From a bacterium (GTDB lineage Bacteria; Patescibacteriota; Minisyncoccia; Ryanbacterales; GWA2-47-10b), in the NCBI GenBank assembly GCA_027624915.1, contig JAQBTR010000001.1:35609-99608 (forward strand): DNA of 64,000 nucleotides, read 5' to 3'. The first letter of the stretch is position 1, and the number at the start of each line of letters is the position of its first letter. This document shows, piece after piece, positions 20,537 to 28,374 of the stretch. The notes beneath the pieces were generated by a model. It saw nothing but the letters and a program-made list of their open reading frames with translations. It was not told the DNA's origin and did not search any database. A program made the position numbers and the translations under genes.

Positions 20537-20583
20537 CCGGCTTCAAAATTTATCCACAAGAGGTCATGGGGGCAGGCTTGATA

Positions 20584-20617
20584 CATACACTACTACGATA
20601 TATCGTAGTAGTGTATG
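20584..20617. promoter_or_regulatory. 34-bp perfect palindrome overlapping the promoter and start codon of 20615
   Basis: CATACACTACTACGATA|TATCGTAGTAGTGTATG; TTGATA(20578)-N17-TATCGT(20601) overlaps it. Confidence 0.85.
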
Positions 20618-21022
20618 CCGCATATTTCCCAAAAACAACTCAGCAAAAAGGTTCAAAAACGTATCTCTCAACAGTTTTTTGAGACCCTTTATGATCTAAA
20701 GTCTCGAGAGGATTTTATTGGTTTCTTAAATGAACTGTTAACTGAAACCGAGCAACTCATGCTCATGAAACGTATGGCTCTCATTGTGATGACCGAGCGA
20801 AATATTCCCTTCAAAGTTATTGAAAAGACTCTTCATATGAGTCCTGACACCATAGCGCGTTATTGGAAACGCTCAAAAACAAAAGAGCATAAAATAATTA
20901 TGAGACGTCTTAATAAAGAAAGCGTGTGGGGTGAACTGTGTGACGACATAGAGAGAGCCCTTCTTTTTGGAATGCCATCTAGGAGTATGAAGCAGCGAAG
21001 GCGACTTGGGCGACCTCTGTAA
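20615..21022 (+). CDS. TrpR-like (YerC/YecD-type) helix-turn-helix protein
   Basis: FLNELLTETEQLML.KR followed by HTH IPFKVIEKTLHMSPDTIARY. Confidence 0.75.
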   Translation: MPHISQKQLSKKVQKRISQQFFETLYDLKSREDFIGFLNELLTETEQLMLMKRMALIVMTERNIPFKVIEKTLHMSPDTIARYWKRSKTKEHKIIMRRLNKESVWGELCDDIERALLFGMPSRSMKQRRRLGRPL

Positions 21023-21051
21023 TTACTTTATTGTCGCATGAACCATAACAT

Positions 21052-21073
21052 CTACTACGATATATCGTAGTAG
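21052..21073. repeat. Second copy of the 22-bp palindrome CTACTACGATATATCGTAGTAG
   Basis: Identical to the core of the 20584 palindrome. Confidence 0.9.
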
Positions 21074-21119
21074 TCTTGTTATACGTTTACAGCGGCAGTG
21101 GCGGGTATATACTGATGGA

Positions 21120-21932
21120 ATGCAATATGAGGGACCGGATGATTTTAAGGAGCAGAACGGTTACGAGGTGAATGGCACATGGTATCCTCGCGTAACACGC
21201 ATTTTGGATGTTATACCAAAGCCCGCCTTAAAATATTTTTTCCGCGAGATGGGTTCGCAAGAGGCGGCAGACAAAGTTACCAAAAAATCTGCAGAAGAAG
21301 GAACTTTAGTACATGAAATGTGTCAGAGCCTGGCAGTTGGTGAGAATGTGCACGTACCTGAGTCTGTAGCACCATCCGTTTTTGCCTTCTATGACTTTTA
21401 CAAAAAGAATAATATCCACTTTCACCCAGAGTTTATAGAAAAGACTATTTGGTCAGTAGAGCATAAGTACGCAGGCACCATCGACGCACTCGCCGAAATA
21501 GACGGCAAATTTGGTGTGTTGGATATTAAGACCTCAACTGGCGTTTTTGATACGTATGGATATCAAACAGCCGCTTATATGCAGGCATTAGTCGAAGAAT
21601 CGGTGCACAAAGCATTAGCGTTACCTCGTCAGGTAGAAAAGCGTTGGATACTGCGAATTGATCAACATCGGTTATGTCGTTTGTGCAGCGCGCGCCTTCG
21701 TGAAAAGGGGGGACGCAAAAAAATCCGAAACGCATATTCACAAAAAGCAAAAGTATGTGACCACTCATGGACCGAACCCATGGGTGAGGTACAACTCCAC
21801 TGGCTTGATAGCAAAAACGTTGATAACAATTATTATGAATATCTGAGGGACGCGAATCAGTTTAATGACGCAAAAGCAAAGTGGACACATCAAAATCGTT
21901 ATTGGCTAGAACAAATAGGATATTTTTCATGA
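21120..21932 (+). CDS. PD-(D/E)XK nuclease family protein with Cys/His-rich C-terminus
   Basis: YPRVT.IL, GTLVH, YAGTIDAL, LDIKT, Q.AAY; CRLC...CDH. Confidence 0.8.
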   Translation: MQYEGPDDFKEQNGYEVNGTWYPRVTRILDVIPKPALKYFFREMGSQEAADKVTKKSAEEGTLVHEMCQSLAVGENVHVPESVAPSVFAFYDFYKKNNIHFHPEFIEKTIWSVEHKYAGTIDALAEIDGKFGVLDIKTSTGVFDTYGYQTAAYMQALVEESVHKALALPRQVEKRWILRIDQHRLCRLCSARLREKGGRKKIRNAYSQKAKVCDHSWTEPMGEVQLHWLDSKNVDNNYYEYLRDANQFNDAKAKWTHQNRYWLEQIGYFS

Positions 21933-22369
21933 GTAAAGAAAAACTGATCATTTACACAGATGGCGGGTCGAGAGGAAATCCTGGGCCTTCGGCTCTTGGT
22001 GTGTCCATCAAAGACTCAAGCGGCAAGATACTCAGAGAGTTTGGCGAGACGCTTGGCCGGCGCACCAACAACGAAGCAGAGTATGAAGCGATTGTGGCGG
22101 GACTCAAAAAAGCAAAAGCTATGCTTGGCAAGACAAAGGCCAAGAAGATGACGATTGATATGCGCATGGACTCTGAACTCGCATGCCGCCAACTCAACCA
22201 TATTTACAAGGTAGAAAATGAAAAAATTATTCCACTCTTCTTGCAGATTTGGAACTTGATGCTTGATTTTGGTGAAGTTACATTTACCCACGTGTTGCGA
22301 GACAAAAACAAAGACGCAGATCGTATGGTAAATGAGGCACTTGATGGTGAGCAAGGGACGCTGCTCTAG
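21929..22369 (+). CDS. rnhA: Ribonuclease HI (start corrected to ATG 21929)
   Basis: YTDGGSRGNPG, TNNEAEY, DSEL, NKDAD; ATGA overlap with the upstream gene. Confidence 0.93.
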   Translation: MSKEKLIIYTDGGSRGNPGPSALGVSIKDSSGKILREFGETLGRRTNNEAEYEAIVAGLKKAKAMLGKTKAKKMTIDMRMDSELACRQLNHIYKVENEKIIPLFLQIWNLMLDFGEVTFTHVLRDKNKDADRMVNEALDGEQGTLL

Positions 22370-22379
22370 AGCGCATTTT

Positions 22380-22411
22380 AAAAAACACCCCGCCTTGGCG
22401 GGGTGTTTTTT
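22380..22411. terminator. Bidirectional terminator
   Basis: AAAAAACACCCCGCC-TT-GGCGGGGTGTTTTTT between convergent genes. Confidence 0.85.
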
Positions 22412-22604
22412 ATTTGATATGTTCTTTGATGAGGGATGAGAGTTCGTTTATGTGATCCTCTTTGTCTTTGGCGAGTTTTTCCCAAATGCCCTTGCACCCA
22501 GAACAGTCCCCAGCGTCTTTTGTATATTCATTTTTAATTCTCCAGAGACTTTTGTGCTCCTCAGTCATTTGAAGCATGAGGTTATACGCATGATTGTCAA
22601 ACAT
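22410..22604 (-). CDS. Small helical (ferritin-like half) hypothetical protein
   Basis: YNL..Q..EEHKSLWRI..Y..DA..C..C..W...KEDHI. Confidence 0.7.
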   Translation of the reverse strand: MFDNHAYNLMLQMTEEHKSLWRIKNEYTKDAGDCSGCKGIWEKLAKDKEDHINELSSLIKEHIK

Positions 22605-22655
22605 GATATTTATTGTTAGGAATATTGATAATACAAGTAGTATACCACTTTAAAT

Positions 22656-23648
22656 ATGCGGGCACATTATGTTATTCTCGCGCTCATTGCGGGGATTTCA
22701 TTTCCAGTTTCAATAGATATTAGAATTCCGTCGGTAATTGCCGGGGTTCTTATCGCACTTTCTTTTTGGCGACCCGAGCTACGACTATGGGCAGGGGTCG
22801 CTACAGCCTTTGTTTTAGGGGTATTACGCGCTTCATTCGGCCCGTGGGAGCTTTGGTTTGTTGGTGATATACGTATATTGCTGGAGGCTATGCGTGACAT
22901 ATTTGCCGCTCGAATTTCGCTTATATTGCCAGAACCCCATGCTTCATATTTAAATGGTCTTTTGTTAGGGCTTCGTGGTGATATTCCTATTGCAATACGC
23001 GACGCATTTCGTGATACAGGAACAAGCCACCTCATCGCGCTTTCTGGTTATAACGTAACCATTATTACTTCATACTTAGGAAAGATATTTTCTGGGTTTT
23101 GGGTGCCAGTCGTTGGAGTTGTTTTGTTTGTGTTGGGTACTGGTGCTCAAAGCTCTTTAGTGCGAGCAGCACTCATGGGTATATTGGTTCTGGGTGCTCA
23201 AAAGTTAGGGAAAAAATATACACCAACACGTGCGCTTCTTTTGGCAGCAACCCTCATGATTTTGTTTGAGCCTACAATTCTTTTTGAAGATGTTGGATTT
23301 CAGTTGTCGGTTGCCGCAACTGCGGGACTTATATATCTGACACCGATGATTGAACCGTATTTTAAATGGCTTACTAATAAGTGGTCAGTTCGCGAATCAC
23401 TTGTTGTGACATTGGCGGCGCAAGCAGCTACCTTTCCAATTATCTTTTATTATTTTGGTTCGCCATCACTATGGTCGCCATTCGTAAATGTGTTAGTTAT
23501 CGTAACGATACCGGCTGTGATGTTTTTTGGTTTTGTAGCTGGCGTTGCTGCATTTGTGCACACAACAATCGGTATTATTGCGGTGAGTCCAGCCTATGCG
23601 CTACTTTTATACCAGCTTTTTATTATTGAGTTTTTCGCGAAGCTGTAG
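22656..23648 (+). CDS. comEC: ComEC membrane (competence) domain protein
   Basis: GTSHLIALSGYN, SLVRAALMG, DVGFQLS. Confidence 0.92.
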   Translation: MRAHYVILALIAGISFPVSIDIRIPSVIAGVLIALSFWRPELRLWAGVATAFVLGVLRASFGPWELWFVGDIRILLEAMRDIFAARISLILPEPHASYLNGLLLGLRGDIPIAIRDAFRDTGTSHLIALSGYNVTIITSYLGKIFSGFWVPVVGVVLFVLGTGAQSSLVRAALMGILVLGAQKLGKKYTPTRALLLAATLMILFEPTILFEDVGFQLSVAATAGLIYLTPMIEPYFKWLTNKWSVRESLVVTLAAQAATFPIIFYYFGSPSLWSPFVNVLVIVTIPAVMFFGFVAGVAAFVHTTIGIIAVSPAYALLLYQLFIIEFFAKL

Positions 23649-24843
23649 GGTGTGCAAAGTCTAGGTCGCGCGCTCTAATGAGGTTAAACGCAATTGCGGC
23701 GATAGCGGCAAAAACAAAACTCCAATTAAGCGAAACCAAGAGAGAGACCCCAATAATGATAAGTGCAATCAAGACCTTACCAAAATTTAGAGCCATTTCT
23801 TTGATGACGGTATATTCGTCCACATAGTGTCCTTCGTCAGCTGCCATTTCGTAATCGAGCGTAAGAAAAGGAGTTTGCGCGAAGATTTGTACAACACGAT
23901 GATAGACGCCGGCGATAAAAATATGAAATGCGGTCAGTATAAAAATTTTGAAAATCCACCCAAAGGCATAGAGCCAACTACCAAAGCCCAGCACCTTTTC
24001 TTTTCTGATATTCTTATCCATATATTTTCCAAGGGTGAGTTGAAGTATGACAGCAACACCGGTGATAAGTGTTGAGAGAGCACCCACCTGAAAGTAGTCT
24101 CCTTTAAGAAGTTGAAATATAAATATCGGCCACACAACAAAACCAAAAATATTTTCGGCACCGTGTGCGGCATAGGCCCAAAAGACACGGGTTTTCATAC
24201 TTTTGAAAAGCTCTTGCCATGTTTTTTTGACGGACCAGCTAAACTTTTCTTTTGCATGAGGAACTGCAGTATATGCGAGCGAGGCCACAATAAACATGGC
24301 TATTCCAAGTAGGAATAAGACCTCAAATCCATAAAGGCTAATGATTACTCCAGAGATAAGTGGGATAAAGACACTCAAAATGAGTTGAAGCGCGATAAGT
24401 GCTGATAGTTCTCGACCCCTACTTTCACGATCGGTAAACTTTGCCATGTCTATGTGGTAGGGAAGCCAATAGAGAAGCCTAAATAGAGTAAGTGCCGCAA
24501 TCGTCAGCGGGATAATATAGAGAATGTTTTCTTTGTTTGCAAAGTAAAAAAGTCCATAAAAGATTGAGCTTGCGTACATACTTATAATAAGCGCCCTTCG
24601 AAATCCAAAGGTATTGAGCTTGATGGCAATAAAAGGGACAGAGATGGCGTATAAGAATTGACCAACTGCCATATAGAGCACGACCAAAATAAAACTTTCA
24701 TTGAGAAGTTCATAAAGAAAAATGGGGAGAAAAAGCCCCATGAGTCCAAACCCAAGGGCGGTGATAGTCCGAGCAATAGTAAGTGACACAAATGCTGGAG
24801 AAACGGATTTGTCGAAATATGTCATTTGTATTGGGAAGTGCAT
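23623..24843 (-). CDS. MFS transporter
   Basis: About 12 hydrophobic segments with LGKYMD loop motif. Confidence 0.8.
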   Translation of the reverse strand: MHFPIQMTYFDKSVSPAFVSLTIARTITALGFGLMGLFLPIFLYELLNESFILVVLYMAVGQFLYAISVPFIAIKLNTFGFRRALIISMYASSIFYGLFYFANKENILYIIPLTIAALTLFRLLYWLPYHIDMAKFTDRESRGRELSALIALQLILSVFIPLISGVIISLYGFEVLFLLGIAMFIVASLAYTAVPHAKEKFSWSVKKTWQELFKSMKTRVFWAYAAHGAENIFGFVVWPIFIFQLLKGDYFQVGALSTLITGVAVILQLTLGKYMDKNIRKEKVLGFGSWLYAFGWIFKIFILTAFHIFIAGVYHRVVQIFAQTPFLTLDYEMAADEGHYVDEYTVIKEMALNFGKVLIALIIIGVSLLVSLNWSFVFAAIAAIAFNLIRARDLDFAHPTASRKTQ

Positions 24844-24927
24844 ATTAGCTATTGTACTACAGTTGGCTTGATTTTATCGGGGTCTTTGGGCTAGTTTTAA
24901 TACAGAGGTTAAGGGGCGGAGGGCCTT

Positions 24928-25869
24928 ATGCATTCGTTTATGCGCGGACTACTTTTAGCTCCAATTTTTTTGTTGGCATGTGCACGAGTTGTTTCTCACG
25001 ATGACTTTTTGAGAACAGAACAACTTTCTCGTGATGTAAAGAAGTTTGGCGAGAGTATCGGTATAGATTCAACCAAAGTTCTTACAAAAAGCTACAAAAA
25101 AGGAGAACGTGTATTTTCCTTTATGTGGATTTGGGTTCAAAAAAACGGTGTTATTTCTGCTGAACTTGTAGATAGGGTATATATAAAAATTGAGGGTCTC
25201 GTTGAAGACACCAACCCTCTCGAGCACCCAAGGGTAAAAAAGACGTTTCTAAAATATTCATCAGGATACAGTCTTTTTTATAGGCATGAAAATCAGAGTT
25301 CGTCCACCGATTCTTTGATAACACCTAGCTTTGTACGAGAAAGACAAAGACGACAGGTTGAAGTAATTCTCCATGAAGACCTACACCACAGTGTAGGGGC
25401 GCCGTACAGGATAGATGAGTCTATTTCGACGGCACTCGGTCATTTGGCAACGGTCAAATTTTTTGAAAATATTGGAGATGCGACCGGTCTCGAAGAGGCT
25501 AAAAGTCAGCTTCGAGCAACTTGTCGCGGGCCAAGCAGAGACCTTAATACTTTTGTTGTGCGGGCGAGACGCCTGTTTGCTACATTTCCACTCAAAGAAG
25601 CTCGCTCTCGCATCAGGTCAATGATACGCTCATATCCTTCGTACTATAGATACCGATGGCCCATAACAAAAGATGGGTCTCCAGTTGAAGCCATGTTAAG
25701 CCACGACCTTGTGTATTTAAAATACTGCGACAGTATTGTTGAACTCTATGAACATACGGGTGGGGATCTAAAGTCTATCATTACTTTTGTTCGGACAATA
25801 CCGGATGAAATAACAGACGAAGAGTTTGAAGACCTGCTTCTATCATTTAGAGTATCATATGTCCGGTAA
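24928..25869 (+). CDS. Putative lipoprotein zinc metallopeptidase
   Basis: Lipobox-like LLAC; HEDLH followed by downstream E (IDES). Confidence 0.55.
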   Translation: MHSFMRGLLLAPIFLLACARVVSHDDFLRTEQLSRDVKKFGESIGIDSTKVLTKSYKKGERVFSFMWIWVQKNGVISAELVDRVYIKIEGLVEDTNPLEHPRVKKTFLKYSSGYSLFYRHENQSSSTDSLITPSFVRERQRRQVEVILHEDLHHSVGAPYRIDESISTALGHLATVKFFENIGDATGLEEAKSQLRATCRGPSRDLNTFVVRARRLFATFPLKEARSRIRSMIRSYPSYYRYRWPITKDGSPVEAMLSHDLVYLKYCDSIVELYEHTGGDLKSIITFVRTIPDEITDEEFEDLLLSFRVSYVR

Positions 25870-25924
25870 CATCTGTTACCGGTTTTTGTTTGCAGAAAAC
25901 AAAAACCCCAGCTAACATGCATTC

Positions 25925-26779
25925 ATGTTTTCCCGCCTCCAGAAGTTTGTGTTAATCGCCCTCACCCTAGGAGCGTTTTTTGTTTGGAATACAATTTTTA
26001 CTCAAGACTCTGGATTATTAAAAGTTGTGTTTTTGGATGTGGGACAGGGGGATGCGACTTTTATTGAAACTCCATCAGGTAATCAGGTTTTGGTTGATGG
26101 AGGGTATGGACGAAAGGTTTTATCAGAACTTGGACGTGTTATGTCAGGTCATGACCGCACCATTGATGTTTTGATAGCAACACATACAGATAGTGATCAT
26201 CTCGGAGGACTCGTTGAGGTTTTAAATAGGTACGAAGTAACCACTGTTATTGATAATGGATTCAAAGCAGAGTCCGGCGTCTACAAAGAATGGGAGCGCC
26301 TACTTGTAGAAAAAAATATAAAACGAATAATAGCTAACTCGGGTGATGTTTTAGATTTGGGCGAAGGGGCTCTTCTAGAGATATTAAGCCCAACAGAAAA
26401 TGATAAAAATGATACGAGCGCCAACGATGTCATGGTTGTTTCAAGGCTTATATATGGCGAACATGAGTTTTTGTTAGCAGGAGACATTGAGCGCGGAGAT
26501 GAGCTTGCGCTTGCAAAATCCAACGCCGAGCTCAGTGCAGATGTTTTGAAGGTTGGTCATCATGGGTCCAAGACGTCTTCAACTAATCTATTTTTAAAAA
26601 GTGTTGCGCCAGTTTATACAGTAGTTTCTGTAGGGAATAAGAATATATATGGTCATCCAGACGAAGAGGTATTGAGAAGACTTGCGAGTCTTGGGGCAAC
26701 CATTTTTCGTACAGATACAGATGGAAGGATTGCATTCTTTTCAGATGGTTTTATTCTCGGGTTTGACCCCCCATACTAA
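25925..26779 (+). CDS. ComEC-type metallo-beta-lactamase domain protein
   Basis: LDVGQGDA, THTDSDHLGG, KVGHHGS, YGHP, RTD. Confidence 0.92.
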   Translation: MFSRLQKFVLIALTLGAFFVWNTIFTQDSGLLKVVFLDVGQGDATFIETPSGNQVLVDGGYGRKVLSELGRVMSGHDRTIDVLIATHTDSDHLGGLVEVLNRYEVTTVIDNGFKAESGVYKEWERLLVEKNIKRIIANSGDVLDLGEGALLEILSPTENDKNDTSANDVMVVSRLIYGEHEFLLAGDIERGDELALAKSNAELSADVLKVGHHGSKTSSTNLFLKSVAPVYTVVSVGNKNIYGHPDEEVLRRLASLGATIFRTDTDGRIAFFSDGFILGFDPPY

Positions 26780-26828
26780 TTATCACAATGTATTTTATGC
26801 GGTGCGCAGCACTTTTGCTAGGCCTTTT

Positions 26829-28166
26829 CTAACTCTGTTTATCTTTGAGTGGGAAGGTGACGATAAAACTCGAACCAGTTCCCTTTATAGATTCGACAAC
26901 AATATCTCCGTTCATAAGTTCAACAATTCGTTTTGTAATCCATAGACCAAGTCCTGTGCCACGAACCTTACTTGTTCGCTCATCTTTGATTCGTGAGAAC
27001 TTGTGGAACAGCTTCTTTTGGTCTTCACCAGATATTCCGATACCACTGTCGTGCACGCTTACCGCTAACTCATCTCGTGTAGTCTCAAGGTCAACAGTTA
27101 CACTTCCTTGAAGTGTGTACTTAACAGAGTTGGACACCATGTTAGTTATTATCTGACGGAAGCGCTCAGGGTCTATTGTTACAACACCAGAACTTTTATT
27201 AACGAGATCAAGTGTGAGCCCTTTTTCTTTGGCCTGTCCCTGGAACATGCTCACAATATTTTCAACAATATCAGCTGGGTCAATATCTTGGTTTTCCATC
27301 TTGAGTCGTCCAGATTCGATTCGTGAGACTTCGAGAATATCTTCAACAAGTTTGGCAAGTTGATCCGAGTGATTTTTTATTATTTCAATTTTGTCTTTGT
27401 CTGACGGGTCCCCCTTGAGTTCATCCGCATAACCTCTGATTAGGGTTAAGGGAGCGCGAAGTTCGTGAGAGGCAATAGAGATAAACTCGTCTTTGAGTTG
27501 GTTAAGTTCCGAAAGCCTCCTATAGAGAGCTGTATAGTCGACGATACGAGCATGACGAAGGATAAAGAGAACGATTACTGCAACGATTGCCGCTAAAATA
27601 ATATATGCAATTTGTATGTTGCGAGCACTAATACTATCTATGTGCTCCATGGAGATTTCGGTCATCAAAAATCCCGTAAGATTACCATCGTTGCTCAGGA
27701 TTGCGCGAAAGGCTTGCCAGTGTCGTATCCCGTCCTTAAATTTTTCTAGAATAAACGATTCCTCGAGATTTAGGCCAACGAGTCCATATTCTTGTGGGTA
27801 TTCTAAGTCTTCATTTCCAACCTCGTTTTTATTAAGTGAGGCAATAATAAATTGACTGTTACCAGTTTTTCGTAATACTCGAAAGGTGATGATGGAGTTG
27901 TTTTGTGAGCCGAGGCTTTCTATCCGTTCTTGTAAGAAATCTGGATCATCCAAAAACTCTGCAGCAAATGCAACAAACGTATCCTGCATAAGACCGATAC
28001 GATCTTTTTCAATTCGTTCCTGGTTTTTTTCGGCTACACTTAAGAAGTTTTGACCTGTGTATATAAAAGCGAGCGGAATCAAAATAGACAGCGATAATGT
28101 ATAGATAAGCTGTGGGTTTTGGCGGAGAAATTTTGTGCCGCGTTGTATACTGTCTTTTAAACTCAT
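26829..28166 (-). CDS. Membrane sensor histidine kinase
   Basis: Two TM segments, ASHELRAPL H-box, N-box, DSGIG, GTGLGL. Confidence 0.94.
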   Translation of the reverse strand: MSLKDSIQRGTKFLRQNPQLIYTLSLSILIPLAFIYTGQNFLSVAEKNQERIEKDRIGLMQDTFVAFAAEFLDDPDFLQERIESLGSQNNSIITFRVLRKTGNSQFIIASLNKNEVGNEDLEYPQEYGLVGLNLEESFILEKFKDGIRHWQAFRAILSNDGNLTGFLMTEISMEHIDSISARNIQIAYIILAAIVAVIVLFILRHARIVDYTALYRRLSELNQLKDEFISIASHELRAPLTLIRGYADELKGDPSDKDKIEIIKNHSDQLAKLVEDILEVSRIESGRLKMENQDIDPADIVENIVSMFQGQAKEKGLTLDLVNKSSGVVTIDPERFRQIITNMVSNSVKYTLQGSVTVDLETTRDELAVSVHDSGIGISGEDQKKLFHKFSRIKDERTSKVRGTGLGLWITKRIVELMNGDIVVESIKGTGSSFIVTFPLKDKQS

Positions 28167-28367
28167 CCCGTATGAAATAGGAAAGATCTCAAGCGCGACT
28201 CAAGCCCTCCCTGTATTAAGCAGTTACTGCTACCTTGTATATTTTGTAATATATTCATGATATTCCTTGAGATATTTCCGTTAGTTTTTCTAATGACTTT
28301 AATTTAAGTCACAGCTCCATAAGATTTGTATCTTTGTAGATTTCTTACGTGATGTATTTCGTACGGG
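28167..28367. mobile_element. 201-bp MITE-like element with 6-bp target duplication ACTCAT (ATGAGT on the minus strand)
   Basis: ACTCAT|CCCGTATGAAATA...TATTTCGTACGGG|ACTCAT. Confidence 0.8.
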
Positions 28368-28374
28368 ACTCATA

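Noticed and set aside
20550-20558. Replication origin suggested by a DnaA box
   Set aside because: Single box with no cluster, and no dnaA or dnaN nearby.
21120-21932. Cas4 of a CRISPR system
   Set aside because: No cas1/cas2 or array nearby, and the Cys layout is not the split four-Cys Fe-S pattern of Cas4.
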